A DNA stretch of 64,000 nucleotides from Nitrospira sp. (GTDB taxonomy: Bacteria > Nitrospirota > Nitrospiria > Nitrospirales > Nitrospiraceae), in assembly GCA_047150005.1 (NCBI GenBank), contig AP038806.1:2752001-2816000 (forward strand), in the 5' to 3' direction. How positions within the stretch are numbered: the stretch's first letter is position 1; each line of letters opens with the position of its first letter. Of this stretch, positions 39,201 through 47,895 are shown one piece after another. The notes under the pieces were generated by a model. It was not told the DNA's origin. It did no database searches and saw nothing but the letters and a program-made list of their open reading frames with translations. The position numbers were made by a program, and so were the translations under genes.

Positions 39201-39830
39201 AACACTTCGGCCTCCTTCTCGGACGGCGGAAACATCGAGATCAATGTCACTAACATGTTTCAAATGACAAATAGCATTGTCACCTCGTCGGTCGGCAATC
39301 CCACGAAGACCGATACCATAGGCGGGAATATTACGATCGATCCCCAAAATGTAATTATGCAGAACAGCCAAATCATCGCCCAGGCCTTCGCCGGCACCGG
39401 CGGAAACATCAGCATCACCTCCAATGTATTTCTTGCGGACCCCAGCAGCGTGGTCGATGCATCATCCACGCTCGGCATCAGCGGGACCGTGGATATCCGC
39501 TCGCCGGTGAGTAATATCTCCGGCGTCATCGGGCGGTTGCCTGAATCGGTGTTGGCGGCACAGGCGTTGCTGCGGGCTGCCTGTGCAGCCAGACTCGCCG
39601 AGTCAAAGGTGAGCAGTTTCGTCGAGCGGGGACGAGATCACATTCCTGTAGGCCCCGAGGGCCTGCTCGCCACGCCGTATGTGCCGGCTGCTTCCGAGCC
39701 AACAATGCGGATGGGCGCTGCGTCGTTACGGCTCGAAGACACTTCCGGAATCCAGCTACGTCGTCGGATGGGGCAGGATCTCACTCCTCGCGTGCACATG
39801 TTGTCGGGTGATGCTGCCTGTCAATCATGA
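36213..39830 (+). CDS. TpsA filamentous-haemagglutinin-family exoprotein (cyanobacterial type)
   Basis: Signal peptide (GHA-Q); TPS domain NLFHSF...NILGRVTGG...NLFLMNPSG; GxGGxIxI beta-helix repeats. Confidence 0.92.
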   Translation: MDAITTGQAVSIRQAFRFALLPILALFLIAPSSGHAQVPTNITPTTGAGNLGTSVNQVGNSFNITGGTRPGGGPNLFHSFANFSVGVGDVGNFLNTTPNIATSNILGRVTGGNISNIFGTIQTASYPNANLFLMNPSGFVFGPTASLNVGGSVSFTTAQYIRLMDALGTSANFYANPASDGLANSILTINASAFEFLSASPAAYGFLSAPDPNATITVQGSALSVPSGQSISIVGGDILIQAGSLDNGTPQAAILSAPSGRINLASVASAGEVLYPNLQFGLNVSGGNIAISQGAILDVSGSENVGSGVVVIRGGQLTIDQSSIIANTVDGDAANPGIDIQVSENLSLINGTMISSSTSGAGRSADIAIVAGTAQMDGALITSGTTGNGNGGNITLDATTLTLTNGGTIFSSAFGLGGGGKLELNAGKLTMDTGAQIVTANGDGVGGDIVLNVGTASFMGGSSILSQSQSPTASGHGGNVTIRGLQGSGSAAESVGFSGDSFLSSESQLTGGGGAVTITSNSLKMDGSSTLIKSSANDVGSGGNIELNVQHANLSGGATIQAFTGSGELNAQPGPTLTIHGVQAGSKAESVVLSGSGSGLISDSFGTITARAGDVAVHAKTISLTDGAVIRAGTPSTSSAGGNVTLDANSVDISSGSLLSSQSSQLDAGKVTITTKTLTLNNASITTQSTSEGKGGDVVLQVGSASLSNGATINSSTTGTGRAGDVLITAGQSVTLDSSSSISANTIGQGNAGNVQINAGTVTVANGSQINTSASIPEGFSGQPSDLTGNAGSIEITTTGGSVVVSNGGTIASSSQTGGNAGQVIVTTPSLTLDHGSITTNTSGSGNAGSITANVGSLALTNGAEISSNSTGTATGAAGSVTIQGVASPANAVTVTDSSILTSASNTGQGGSITVDATNLSLNNATMSASVNNFDHSPGSSDSATTGLANINLTASTMTMTGSTITTQSSGLRNAGDVLINPNVPGSSLEMQNSTINTSASFSDGGNIEINVTNMFQMTNSIVTSSVGNPTKTDTIGGNITIDPQNVIMQNSQIIAQAFAGTGGNISITSNVFLADPSSVVDASSTLGISGTVDIRSPVSNISGVIGRLPESVLAAQALLRAACAARLAESKVSSFVERGRDHIPVGPEGLLATPYVPAASEPTMRMGAASLRLEDTSGIQLRRRMGQDLTPRVHMLSGDAACQS

Positions 39831-41635
39831 ACTGGCGAAGAACAAGGAGTCTCCGGCAATTACCGGCCGCTTCCTTGATTGTGTGGCCGTTGACTTGGAT
39901 CGGAGGCGGACTCGTGCTCATGACGCTCATGGCGGAGCCGCTTCACGCGCAAGTGCCATTGCCTCCGATCTTCGATCCCGGCGGCCGTTCAAAAGAAGGC
40001 CTTCCTCTGAGACGTGAAGAGCCGCTGAAACCAAAACCTGCTCCCCTGGAGCCCACGAAGCCCACCCCGCCGTCTGAAACACAAGGGCGCCTCCCGCCCG
40101 TGCGCGTATTCGTCCGCGAATACCAGTTCAGCGGCCACTCAGTGTTTACGATCGATGAATTGCAATCTGTGGCTGCTCCGTATGTGAACCGGCAAGTCAC
40201 GACTGAAGATCTGGAAAGTCTGCGCAATGCGGTGACGTTGCTCTACATCCAACGTGGCTATGTCACATCCGGGGCCATTCTCCCCGATCAGGCTGTGACG
40301 GACGGTGTAATCCTGATTCAGATCATCGAAGGGAAATTGAGTGAGATCAACATTGAAGGGGCACGGTGGTTGTGGCCGAGCTATTATCAACGCCGGCTTG
40401 CTCTCAGCGCCGGGCCACCTGTCAACATTTACAATTTGCAGGAACGCCTGCAGCTCCTCCAACAAGACTCTCGGATCCAGCGTATCAATGCGGAACTGCG
40501 TCGTGGCGCGGTGACCGGCGAGAGCGAGCTGAACGTGCGCGTATCCGAATATCGCCCCTTCAAGGCCTGGCTGGACTTCAATAATTATCAGCCGCCGGCG
40601 GTTCGGGGCGAACGAGGTTTGGCGACGGTAGCACACGATAGTTTGACGGGGAACGGTGACCGGTTTCAGTTCACGTACGGGCAGTCACTTGCAGTCAATC
40701 AACCGATCGGTGTCTTCCCCTTGATCAATACCTCCTACATTGTGCCGTTCACACCCTATGACACTACGTTTACCGCAGGCTACCGCCGCACGAATTTTCA
40801 GGTGGTCACGCAGCCGTTTGAACCGCTCGATATCGAGGGCGCCATCGAAATTTTTACCTTCACGCTGCAACAACCGGTGTATCGCACGCTCAACCATCAG
40901 GTAAATGTGGGCGTGCAAGGTGAATATCTCTATAACAAGAATACCCTGCTGGGCCAACCGTTCGATTTCTTCGCCGGCTATCAGAACGGTGTGGCGAACG
41001 TCGCCGCGTTGCGCTTCCTTCAGGACTGGACGTATCGATCCCAGGACACTGTGGTCGGGGCTCGATCGCGTTTTTCTGTCGGATTGAATGTCTTGGATGC
41101 CACGATCAATTCTGGTCCGGTTCCCGATGGACAATTCTTCTCTTGGCTGGGACAATTTCAGGCGCTGCGCCGCTACGAGGAATGGGCGGGAACGCAACTG
41201 CTTGGCCGCATCGATATGCAATTCGCCAACGATCGGCTGTTTCCGCTCGAGCAGGTTCCCGTGGGTGGTCGATACAGTGTGCGAGGTTATCGTGAAATCA
41301 GTTTGCTGCGTGATGATGCCTTTTTGTTTTCGATCGAGTCGCGCCTACCGATTTCTCGCTGGGTATGGGATAAACGCGAAGATTTGTTGCAACTGGCTCC
41401 CTTCATCGATTATGCGCGAGCATGGGCCGCCAAGGGCGAGACCCCGGATCCGGTGAGCCTGTTGAGCGCTGGAGCGGGTTTACGAACGGGCTTCCTGCCG
41501 AACGATCGCGGATACTTTGAAGTCTATTGGGGCTACCGAATCAGAGGCTCCGGCACGAACAACCCTCCGTATAACGTCACCGGCAATCTGCAAGATCATG
41601 GCGTGCACTTGCAACTCGTGCTGCAGGTACTGTAG
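39827..41635 (+). CDS. TpsB (ShlB/FhaC/HecB) outer-membrane transporter
   Basis: POTRA (LYIQRGYVTSGA..PDQ...IIEG), GGRYSVRGY, beta-barrel C-terminus; ATGA overlap. Confidence 0.93.
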   Translation: MNWRRTRSLRQLPAASLIVWPLTWIGGGLVLMTLMAEPLHAQVPLPPIFDPGGRSKEGLPLRREEPLKPKPAPLEPTKPTPPSETQGRLPPVRVFVREYQFSGHSVFTIDELQSVAAPYVNRQVTTEDLESLRNAVTLLYIQRGYVTSGAILPDQAVTDGVILIQIIEGKLSEINIEGARWLWPSYYQRRLALSAGPPVNIYNLQERLQLLQQDSRIQRINAELRRGAVTGESELNVRVSEYRPFKAWLDFNNYQPPAVRGERGLATVAHDSLTGNGDRFQFTYGQSLAVNQPIGVFPLINTSYIVPFTPYDTTFTAGYRRTNFQVVTQPFEPLDIEGAIEIFTFTLQQPVYRTLNHQVNVGVQGEYLYNKNTLLGQPFDFFAGYQNGVANVAALRFLQDWTYRSQDTVVGARSRFSVGLNVLDATINSGPVPDGQFFSWLGQFQALRRYEEWAGTQLLGRIDMQFANDRLFPLEQVPVGGRYSVRGYREISLLRDDAFLFSIESRLPISRWVWDKREDLLQLAPFIDYARAWAAKGETPDPVSLLSAGAGLRTGFLPNDRGYFEVYWGYRIRGSGTNNPPYNVTGNLQDHGVHLQLVLQVL

Positions 41636-41650
41636 CCGGAGGATCGTCAC

Positions 41651-44014
41651 ATGACACGATATCCATGTCGCCCTGAATCGGTGGCCTCTCGCGGTTCCGA
41701 TTGGCTACGAACCGGCATCGTGCTGGGTTTCCTCGTCGCAGCCTGCATGACCTGGCATTTTTCCGTCGGAAGCCAACGGGGATACTCCCAATCCATGGAG
41801 GCCGTCCCGCCGGTCACCGGTTTGTCACTGTTCCAGCAAGGGGACGAGGCGTTTCGACGCGGTGCGTTCGAACAAGCGGTCCAGGTGTGGCAGCAATCTG
41901 CACACATGGCTCACGAGGCCGGTAATCTGCGCGAGGAATGCGATGCTCGTGTGGCACTCGCGCAGAGCTACATGGCGCTTGGATTTCACACTCGTGCTGC
42001 CCAACAACTCGAGCTGGCTGTTGCCATTGCCCGGTCGGCTGGTGATCCATCCCGTCAGGCAGCTGCCCTCGATCTGCTCGGGCAAACCTATCTGACCGCC
42101 GGACGACCCGAGCCGGCCTTGGAAACGCTCGAGGATGCCCGGCGGCTGGCCGTAGAAGCGCAAGACCAGGTACGCATGGCCACGGTTCTTCACTCTCTCG
42201 GGACCACACAAGCGGCACTGAATCAGAACGATGAGGCGGCGGCCTCATTTAAAGAGGCTCGTCGTTTGGCACAGGTTGCCCATCTGGATACACTCGTTGC
42301 TACTTCAACAATCAACCTGGCCAAGATGGCGCTCGGAGCAAACCAATGGCAAGAAGCCGATGGTCTGCTCAACGAGGCGTTGGCGCAGAGCCGATCGCTT
42401 CCTGACTCACATGACAAGGCGTACGGTCATATTTCGATCGGCCTCGGGTTTGCCGCCCTCCATGGCCATCTCCCGCCAAACGGGGACCGTCGCGCGATAG
42501 CTGCCGAAGTGCTCGAAGAGGCCGGTGAGATTGCTCAAACGCTTGGTGATGCCCGTGCCGCCTCATACGCTCTCGGGTATCGTGGCCATCTCTATGAAGA
42601 GGAACGCCGTTACGAGGAGACATTGCTCCTCAGCCGGCTTGCCATTGGCTTTGCCCAACAGGTGCATGCACCGGAGTCACTCTATCAATGGGAATGGCAA
42701 ACAGGCCGAGCGTTGAAGGCGCAAAACCACCTCGATCACGCGATTCCGGCCTACCAACGAGCGGCAGATCTCGTGCAGACATTACGGCCGGAAATGGTGG
42801 CCGGTTCAGCTTCGTTCAGGGAATCCAGCGGCCGACTGTTCTTCGAATTGGCCGATCTCCTGCTGCAGCGGGCGAGTGGCACTTCGGGGAGAGAAGAAGC
42901 GCAACCGTATTTGATGAAGGCGCGGGAAGCCGTGGAGCTCTTTAAGTCGGCGGAGCTGCGGGATTACTTCCGAGACGAGTGCGTGGACGCGTACCAAACC
43001 CGTTCGACTAAACTTGAAGATGTTTCACATCGAGCGGCCATTCTGTATCCCATCATTCTTCCGGATCGTACCGAGTTGCTGGTGAGTCTGCCCGATGGCA
43101 TGCATCGACTGACCGTCCCGGTCAAACAAGAGGACATCACGGCAGAGGCACGCGCCTTTCGGACGATGTTGCAGAAGGAAACGACGCGTGAATATCTCCG
43201 CCGTGCACAACGGCTCTATGATTGGCTCTTGAGGCCACTTGAGACGACGTTCGCGAAATTTGATCTCGATACCTTGGTGATCGTTCCAGATGGTCCGCTT
43301 CGAATGATCCCGTTTGCCGCGCTGCACGATGGAAAGCAATTTCTGATCGCCAAGTACGCCGTGGCGACGACGCCAGGGCTGAATCTGACGGATCCCAAGC
43401 CCCTGGCGCGAGACCGCATAGAAGTGCTCTCAGCCGGGCTTACTGAAGGCGTGCAAGGATTTCCGCCCCTCCCGAACACCGCGGAAGAACTGAAGGCCAT
43501 CGGAGCGATGTATAAGACGCATCGTCTGCTCAATGAAGAATTTCGCGTGCCGCAACTCGAGCGGGAGATGAAAGAAACTCCGTTCACGATCGTGCATATC
43601 GCGTCGCACGGCAAATTCGAACGCGACGTAAAGAAGAGCTTTCTGCTGACGTACGATGATAAGCTGACGATGGACCGTCTGAATCAGGTCGTAGGCTATT
43701 TCCGGTTCCGGGACCAGCCGCTCGAACTGTTGAGCCTCAGCGCCTGCCAGACCGCGGCGGGGGACGACCGCGCGGCGCTCGGGTTGGCGGGAATCGCGAT
43801 CAAAGCCGGCGCGCGAAGCGCTCTCGCCACTCTGTGGTTCGTGAACGACGAGGCCTCGTCGGCGTTGGTGGTGGAGTTCTATCGTCATTTGAAGAATCCG
43901 GCCAACTCGAAAGCGATGGCGCTTCGACAGGCTCAGTTGAAGTTGATGGAGAATCCGGATTTCCAGCATCCGATCTTTTGGTCGCCGTTTCTCATGTTGA
44001 ACAACTGGCTGTAG
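41651..44014 (+). CDS. TPR-CHAT caspase-like (clan CD) protease with N-terminal export signal
   Basis: TPR-like helical repeats; IVPDGPLRMIPFAAL; HIASHG and LSACQT dyad motifs; ATLWFVND; HPIFWSPF..NNW. Confidence 0.93.
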   Translation: MTRYPCRPESVASRGSDWLRTGIVLGFLVAACMTWHFSVGSQRGYSQSMEAVPPVTGLSLFQQGDEAFRRGAFEQAVQVWQQSAHMAHEAGNLREECDARVALAQSYMALGFHTRAAQQLELAVAIARSAGDPSRQAAALDLLGQTYLTAGRPEPALETLEDARRLAVEAQDQVRMATVLHSLGTTQAALNQNDEAAASFKEARRLAQVAHLDTLVATSTINLAKMALGANQWQEADGLLNEALAQSRSLPDSHDKAYGHISIGLGFAALHGHLPPNGDRRAIAAEVLEEAGEIAQTLGDARAASYALGYRGHLYEEERRYEETLLLSRLAIGFAQQVHAPESLYQWEWQTGRALKAQNHLDHAIPAYQRAADLVQTLRPEMVAGSASFRESSGRLFFELADLLLQRASGTSGREEAQPYLMKAREAVELFKSAELRDYFRDECVDAYQTRSTKLEDVSHRAAILYPIILPDRTELLVSLPDGMHRLTVPVKQEDITAEARAFRTMLQKETTREYLRRAQRLYDWLLRPLETTFAKFDLDTLVIVPDGPLRMIPFAALHDGKQFLIAKYAVATTPGLNLTDPKPLARDRIEVLSAGLTEGVQGFPPLPNTAEELKAIGAMYKTHRLLNEEFRVPQLEREMKETPFTIVHIASHGKFERDVKKSFLLTYDDKLTMDRLNQVVGYFRFRDQPLELLSLSACQTAAGDDRAALGLAGIAIKAGARSALATLWFVNDEASSALVVEFYRHLKNPANSKAMALRQAQLKLMENPDFQHPIFWSPFLMLNNWL

Positions 44015-44076
44015 CCGGAATTGAACACGTCTCGCAAGAAAGACAAAGGTCCCCTTTCCCCGGTGTGCTTCCTCGC

Positions 44077-46020
44077 ATGCGAAGCGCCCTGAAAGTCTTT
44101 CAGTCACCGCTCGTCGCGAGCGTCGTGATCGGCTTTCTCTGTGCTCTTGTCATTCTCGGCGTGCGCAGCACCGGCCAGCTCCAACAGCTGGAGCTCTCTC
44201 TGTACGACTGGCTGCTGCGGTCGCGGCCGATGCCGGCCGTATCCGATTCGCGGATCACGTTCATCACGATTTCCGAGGAGGACATCCGCCAACAGGGCCG
44301 ATGGCCTATCACGGACGAGACCCTGGCGCAAGCTCTCCGCCTCCTGCTTGCGCACAAGCCTCGCGCCATCGGTATAGACCTCTACCGGGACATCGACGTC
44401 CCGCCAGGGCATGAGGACCTTACGGCGCTTCTCACGCAACAACCCCGGATCGTCATGGTGACTCAGGTCGGAGGCGGGACCGTGATCCGCATTCCTCCTC
44501 CTCCGGCGTTGGAGGGGAGCGAGCAAGTGGGATTCAACGACATCCTCATCGATTCCGATGGGCTCATCCGTCGGGCCTTGCTGTTCCAGGATGATGGAGA
44601 TCAAGTCGCCTATTCATTCGGTCTCAGGCTCGCCCTGCTCTACTTGGCGGGCGACGGGATTGTTCCGCAGCCGGATCCGTCCAATCCTGACCTGATTCGA
44701 TTGGGCCCGACCACGCTCAGGCCGTTTGCTTCTTCAGACGGGGGGTATGTGAATGCGGATGCGGGCGGCTACCAGATTGTGCTGGACTTCGGCGGCGCTG
44801 CGGCGCCGATGAGGACGTTTTCCCTGAGTGATCTGCTGGCCGGCCTTGTGGAACCTCGGCAGATTACCGATCGTATCGTGTTGATGGGCGTGACGGCCGA
44901 AAGCGTGCCGGATCTCTTTCATATTCCGGTTCAATACGGCTCTCACGCTGGAGACCTGTTCCCCGGAGTCTTTCTGCACGGGATCGTCATCGAGCAATTG
45001 CTGGCCGCAGCCAAGGACGGCCGCAAACCGATCCACGTCCTGAGCGAGACTGCGGAAATTGCTTGGACCCTGCTGTGGGGAATGCTCGGTGGCGCACTGG
45101 GTGTCTTCGCTCGTTCTCCGTGGCGCTTCTCCCTGATCACAGTCGGAGGGCTGCTTCTGCTGACCGTGATGGTGATTTGGCTATTCTGGTCCGGATGGTG
45201 GGTGCCCGAAGCTCCGGCCGCGATTACATGGTTCGTCACGGCCTCAGTCGTGGTCGCCTCGACGCTGGGTCGAGAACGAAAAGAACGGGCGCTCTTGATG
45301 CAGTTGTTCTCCCGGCATGTCTCGCGGGAGGTGGCCCAGGCCATCTGGCACCAGCGAGAGCAGTTCCTCGAGGACGGTCGCCCGCGGCCGCAGGAACTCA
45401 CAGCGACGGTGTTGTTCTTGGACTTCAAAGGCTACACAGCGGCTTCGGAAAAGATGACCCCGCAGGCCTTGATGGCCTGGGTCAATGCCTACCTGGATGC
45501 CATGACTCAGGTCGTCATGAGGCACGACGGAGTCATCGATGACTATGCGGGCGACTCGATCAAAGCGAATTTCGGGGTCCCGTTGAAGCGAGCGTCGAAT
45601 TCGGAAGTCGCCACGGACGCGATCAACGCGGTGACCTGTGCCTTGGCGATGGAGCGGGAGATGCACAGGATGAACGAACGACATGAGGGGAACGGGCTTC
45701 CCACCGTCGGCATGCGCATCGGGATTCACACCGGTCCGGTGCTGGCCGGATGCGTCGGAAGCGCCGAGCGCATGAAGTATACGACGGTGGGAGATACGGT
45801 CAATGCGGCGGCGAGGCTGGAAAGCTTGGATCGGGAGGTCGTGGCGGAAACACCGGGCCGGCGGCCCTGTCGGATCTTGATCAGCGGGGCGACGGCCCAA
45901 TTACTCGGCGAGCGTTTTCACCTCGAGCGCCTCGGTGAAGTGAGTGTCAAAGGCAAAGCCCAGCCCATTGTCACGTATCGAGTCACCAGCCACATCGGAG
46001 AGCAAGTCGGAGCCAGATAA
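44077..46020 (+). CDS. CHASE2-domain class III adenylate/guanylate cyclase
   Basis: CHASE2 (WPITD, IGIDLYRD, VGFND, DSDGLIRR, PGVFLH); 3 TM segments; TVLFLDFKGYT, GD, RIGIHTG, YTTVGDTVNAAARLE, VKGK. Confidence 0.93.
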   Translation: MRSALKVFQSPLVASVVIGFLCALVILGVRSTGQLQQLELSLYDWLLRSRPMPAVSDSRITFITISEEDIRQQGRWPITDETLAQALRLLLAHKPRAIGIDLYRDIDVPPGHEDLTALLTQQPRIVMVTQVGGGTVIRIPPPPALEGSEQVGFNDILIDSDGLIRRALLFQDDGDQVAYSFGLRLALLYLAGDGIVPQPDPSNPDLIRLGPTTLRPFASSDGGYVNADAGGYQIVLDFGGAAAPMRTFSLSDLLAGLVEPRQITDRIVLMGVTAESVPDLFHIPVQYGSHAGDLFPGVFLHGIVIEQLLAAAKDGRKPIHVLSETAEIAWTLLWGMLGGALGVFARSPWRFSLITVGGLLLLTVMVIWLFWSGWWVPEAPAAITWFVTASVVVASTLGRERKERALLMQLFSRHVSREVAQAIWHQREQFLEDGRPRPQELTATVLFLDFKGYTAASEKMTPQALMAWVNAYLDAMTQVVMRHDGVIDDYAGDSIKANFGVPLKRASNSEVATDAINAVTCALAMEREMHRMNERHEGNGLPTVGMRIGIHTGPVLAGCVGSAERMKYTTVGDTVNAAARLESLDREVVAETPGRRPCRILISGATAQLLGERFHLERLGEVSVKGKAQPIVTYRVTSHIGEQVGAR

Positions 46021-46036
46021 CGTTCGCGCCCATCCC

Positions 46037-46807
46037 TCAATTCGACTGAGCCATCAGCGCGTTCGATGCGACATCAGCCAGTCCCACCTGCTCAAGCAGC
46101 GAGGCGCGTTGCTGACGCCACTCATTGTTGGCCGGATTGGATTGAATGCGATCCGTGAGCGCCATAACCGTGTCATACCAAATTCCCGCCTCTGCATAGC
46201 GCGCTGGAGCTTCCGCGTCGGTGATGACAGTCGTCATTGGCGGCTGCAGTTTCTCCCGATCGATACGTTCGATCGCTCCCTTTGCCACGACATTGGCGGA
46301 ACGTTCCTCGGCGTCCACAATCAATGACACCGACCATTGGTACCGTTCTCCCGGCGACAGCTTCACGTTATAATCCGCCAGCTTGATCTGCTGAAGGCCG
46401 GCCTGCGCCGGAGGCGGAAGCTTCGCGTCCACGACCGGAGCCTCGGCATTGTCACCGATCAAGGTGAATTCAAACGAGAACGCCTTGTCCTGTTTGGTTG
46501 GTGTGAACCAGTAGAGAACCGGTTGTTCCAACAGTGTCCAGCCTACATGCTCGGGAGCCAACAGGCTGATGACGGGCACGCTCTTGTTCAAACCACGAGT
46601 CCCTCCGCCTCTGCGTGTCGTCGTCGCAGGAGCACCCTTGTGGGGTGGTTGATATTTGATAGCCTGCTTAGGCTGGGGCTGAGAATCCTTCGCCTGGGCC
46701 ACAGGCGGCACTGTCGTGCCAGCTTGTTCTTCCGAGATTGCCACAAGGGGAAGGCCGAAAAGCAGACTCGCGGCCAGACCACACACAGTCACCGTTTGTC
46801 GTTTCAT
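46037..46807 (-). CDS. DUF928 family periplasmic protein
   Basis: Signal peptide; GAP...RGGGTRG, PVLYW, YQWSVSL, YAEAGIWYD, LLEQVGL. Confidence 0.85.
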   Translation of the reverse strand: MKRQTVTVCGLAASLLFGLPLVAISEEQAGTTVPPVAQAKDSQPQPKQAIKYQPPHKGAPATTTRRGGGTRGLNKSVPVISLLAPEHVGWTLLEQPVLYWFTPTKQDKAFSFEFTLIGDNAEAPVVDAKLPPPAQAGLQQIKLADYNVKLSPGERYQWSVSLIVDAEERSANVVAKGAIERIDREKLQPPMTTVITDAEAPARYAEAGIWYDTVMALTDRIQSNPANNEWRQQRASLLEQVGLADVASNALMAQSN

Positions 46808-47259
46808 AGATAGGCCCTCCTGTCATCTGTCAGGTGCGTCATCTTGACCGGTCCTCGCCCGTGCCAAATACCGAATACAAGGCAAGGGACGGGCCAACCC
46901 ACCTCATAAAAATACGTAAAGGTCACCAAGCTGAAACTCTATGACGGTACAGCCACTTTTTGATGACCTTGATCTCCACGATCCCCACCTGTCGGACTTG
47001 GTTCATTCAGGTTTGTTCTTCATGCGAAAAAACGCATTCAGTCTGGATCGAAAGTGATTCGAGATACGCAGATTGGCTCACGTAGATATCGAGAGTCGGA
47101 GCCTGAAATGGGCTTCGCAGCTGTTCCGTGACTCGCATTGTCGTGAGTGGTGATGCAGGTCTTTTTCGGGGGAGTTATCGCTTGTGCGGCGAGGAGTTTC
47201 CCCTCCGACGACCCGGTCAGCTCGGAAGATTTTATATGCCCAATGATACCCCCTGTGAA

Positions 47260-47277
47260 TCCCCTCACTTGAGGGGA
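47260..47277. promoter_or_regulatory. Palindromic operator copy
   Basis: TCCCCTCACTTGAGGGGA between divergent DUF928 and lipoprotein genes. Confidence 0.72.
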
Positions 47278-47336
47278 TAGCTAACTGTGGGGGTTGTGGT
47301 CTGACCGTCCCTGCCGTACAGAGGACGAGGGAAGAG

Positions 47337-47792
47337 TTGAATGTTTCCGTGATGATCGGCCCTGACATGATGCTGCATCTGAGCAAGAGCATCCGTGTGC
47401 TGGCTGCCGCCAGTCTCCTGACGGCCTGCGGGGAACCGGTGTTTGAGAACGCCGGCAGTCCGAACAGCCTGGCGCTGGACCGCGAGGCCTGTGTCATGGA
47501 GATTGATCAAAGTCCCGAGGCATTCAGGTATCGTCAAAACCCTGCGGCCCATCCTGACTATCCGGTCGAGGCGGTAGAGGACATCAATACGTGCATCGAG
47601 AAGAAGGGTTGGAGGCTGGTGCGTTCCAGATCGGAACAAGAGCAGGTGCGGGATGCGGTAGCTTCCGAAATGAGTCGCTCTCCTCATCCCGTGCCCTTGT
47701 CGGATCCGAAAGGCATAGAGGCCTTGAAGCGAGCGATCGAGGACAAGCTTACGCGTGCCGGATCAGTGGAGAGTACGTCGAAGAAGGAGTAG
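47337..47792 (+). CDS. Hypothetical lipoprotein
   Basis: Lipobox LTAC; DREAC...CIEKKGW; true start may be 47367. Confidence 0.7.
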   Translation: MNVSVMIGPDMMLHLSKSIRVLAAASLLTACGEPVFENAGSPNSLALDREACVMEIDQSPEAFRYRQNPAAHPDYPVEAVEDINTCIEKKGWRLVRSRSEQEQVRDAVASEMSRSPHPVPLSDPKGIEALKRAIEDKLTRAGSVESTSKKE

Positions 47793-47895
47793 TACTATAA
47801 GCAAAGCTGAGAGGTTGTTTCCGCCATTCTGCTCCTTGTGCCAGGCTGGTCCCGTCCGGTTGAGGTCGCGCCATGCGGGGATGGTGTCGAAGGGG

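Noticed and set aside
41651..44014. CHAT as a CRISPR-associated (Craspase) or gasdermin-activating protease
   Set aside because: No cas, gasdermin or SAVED genes in the window; export signal and Tps/CHASE2 context instead
43834..44076. ORF-track N-terminal extension of the cyclase
   Set aside because: It overlaps the CHAT gene by about 180 nt; ATG 44077 just before the first TM segment is more plausible
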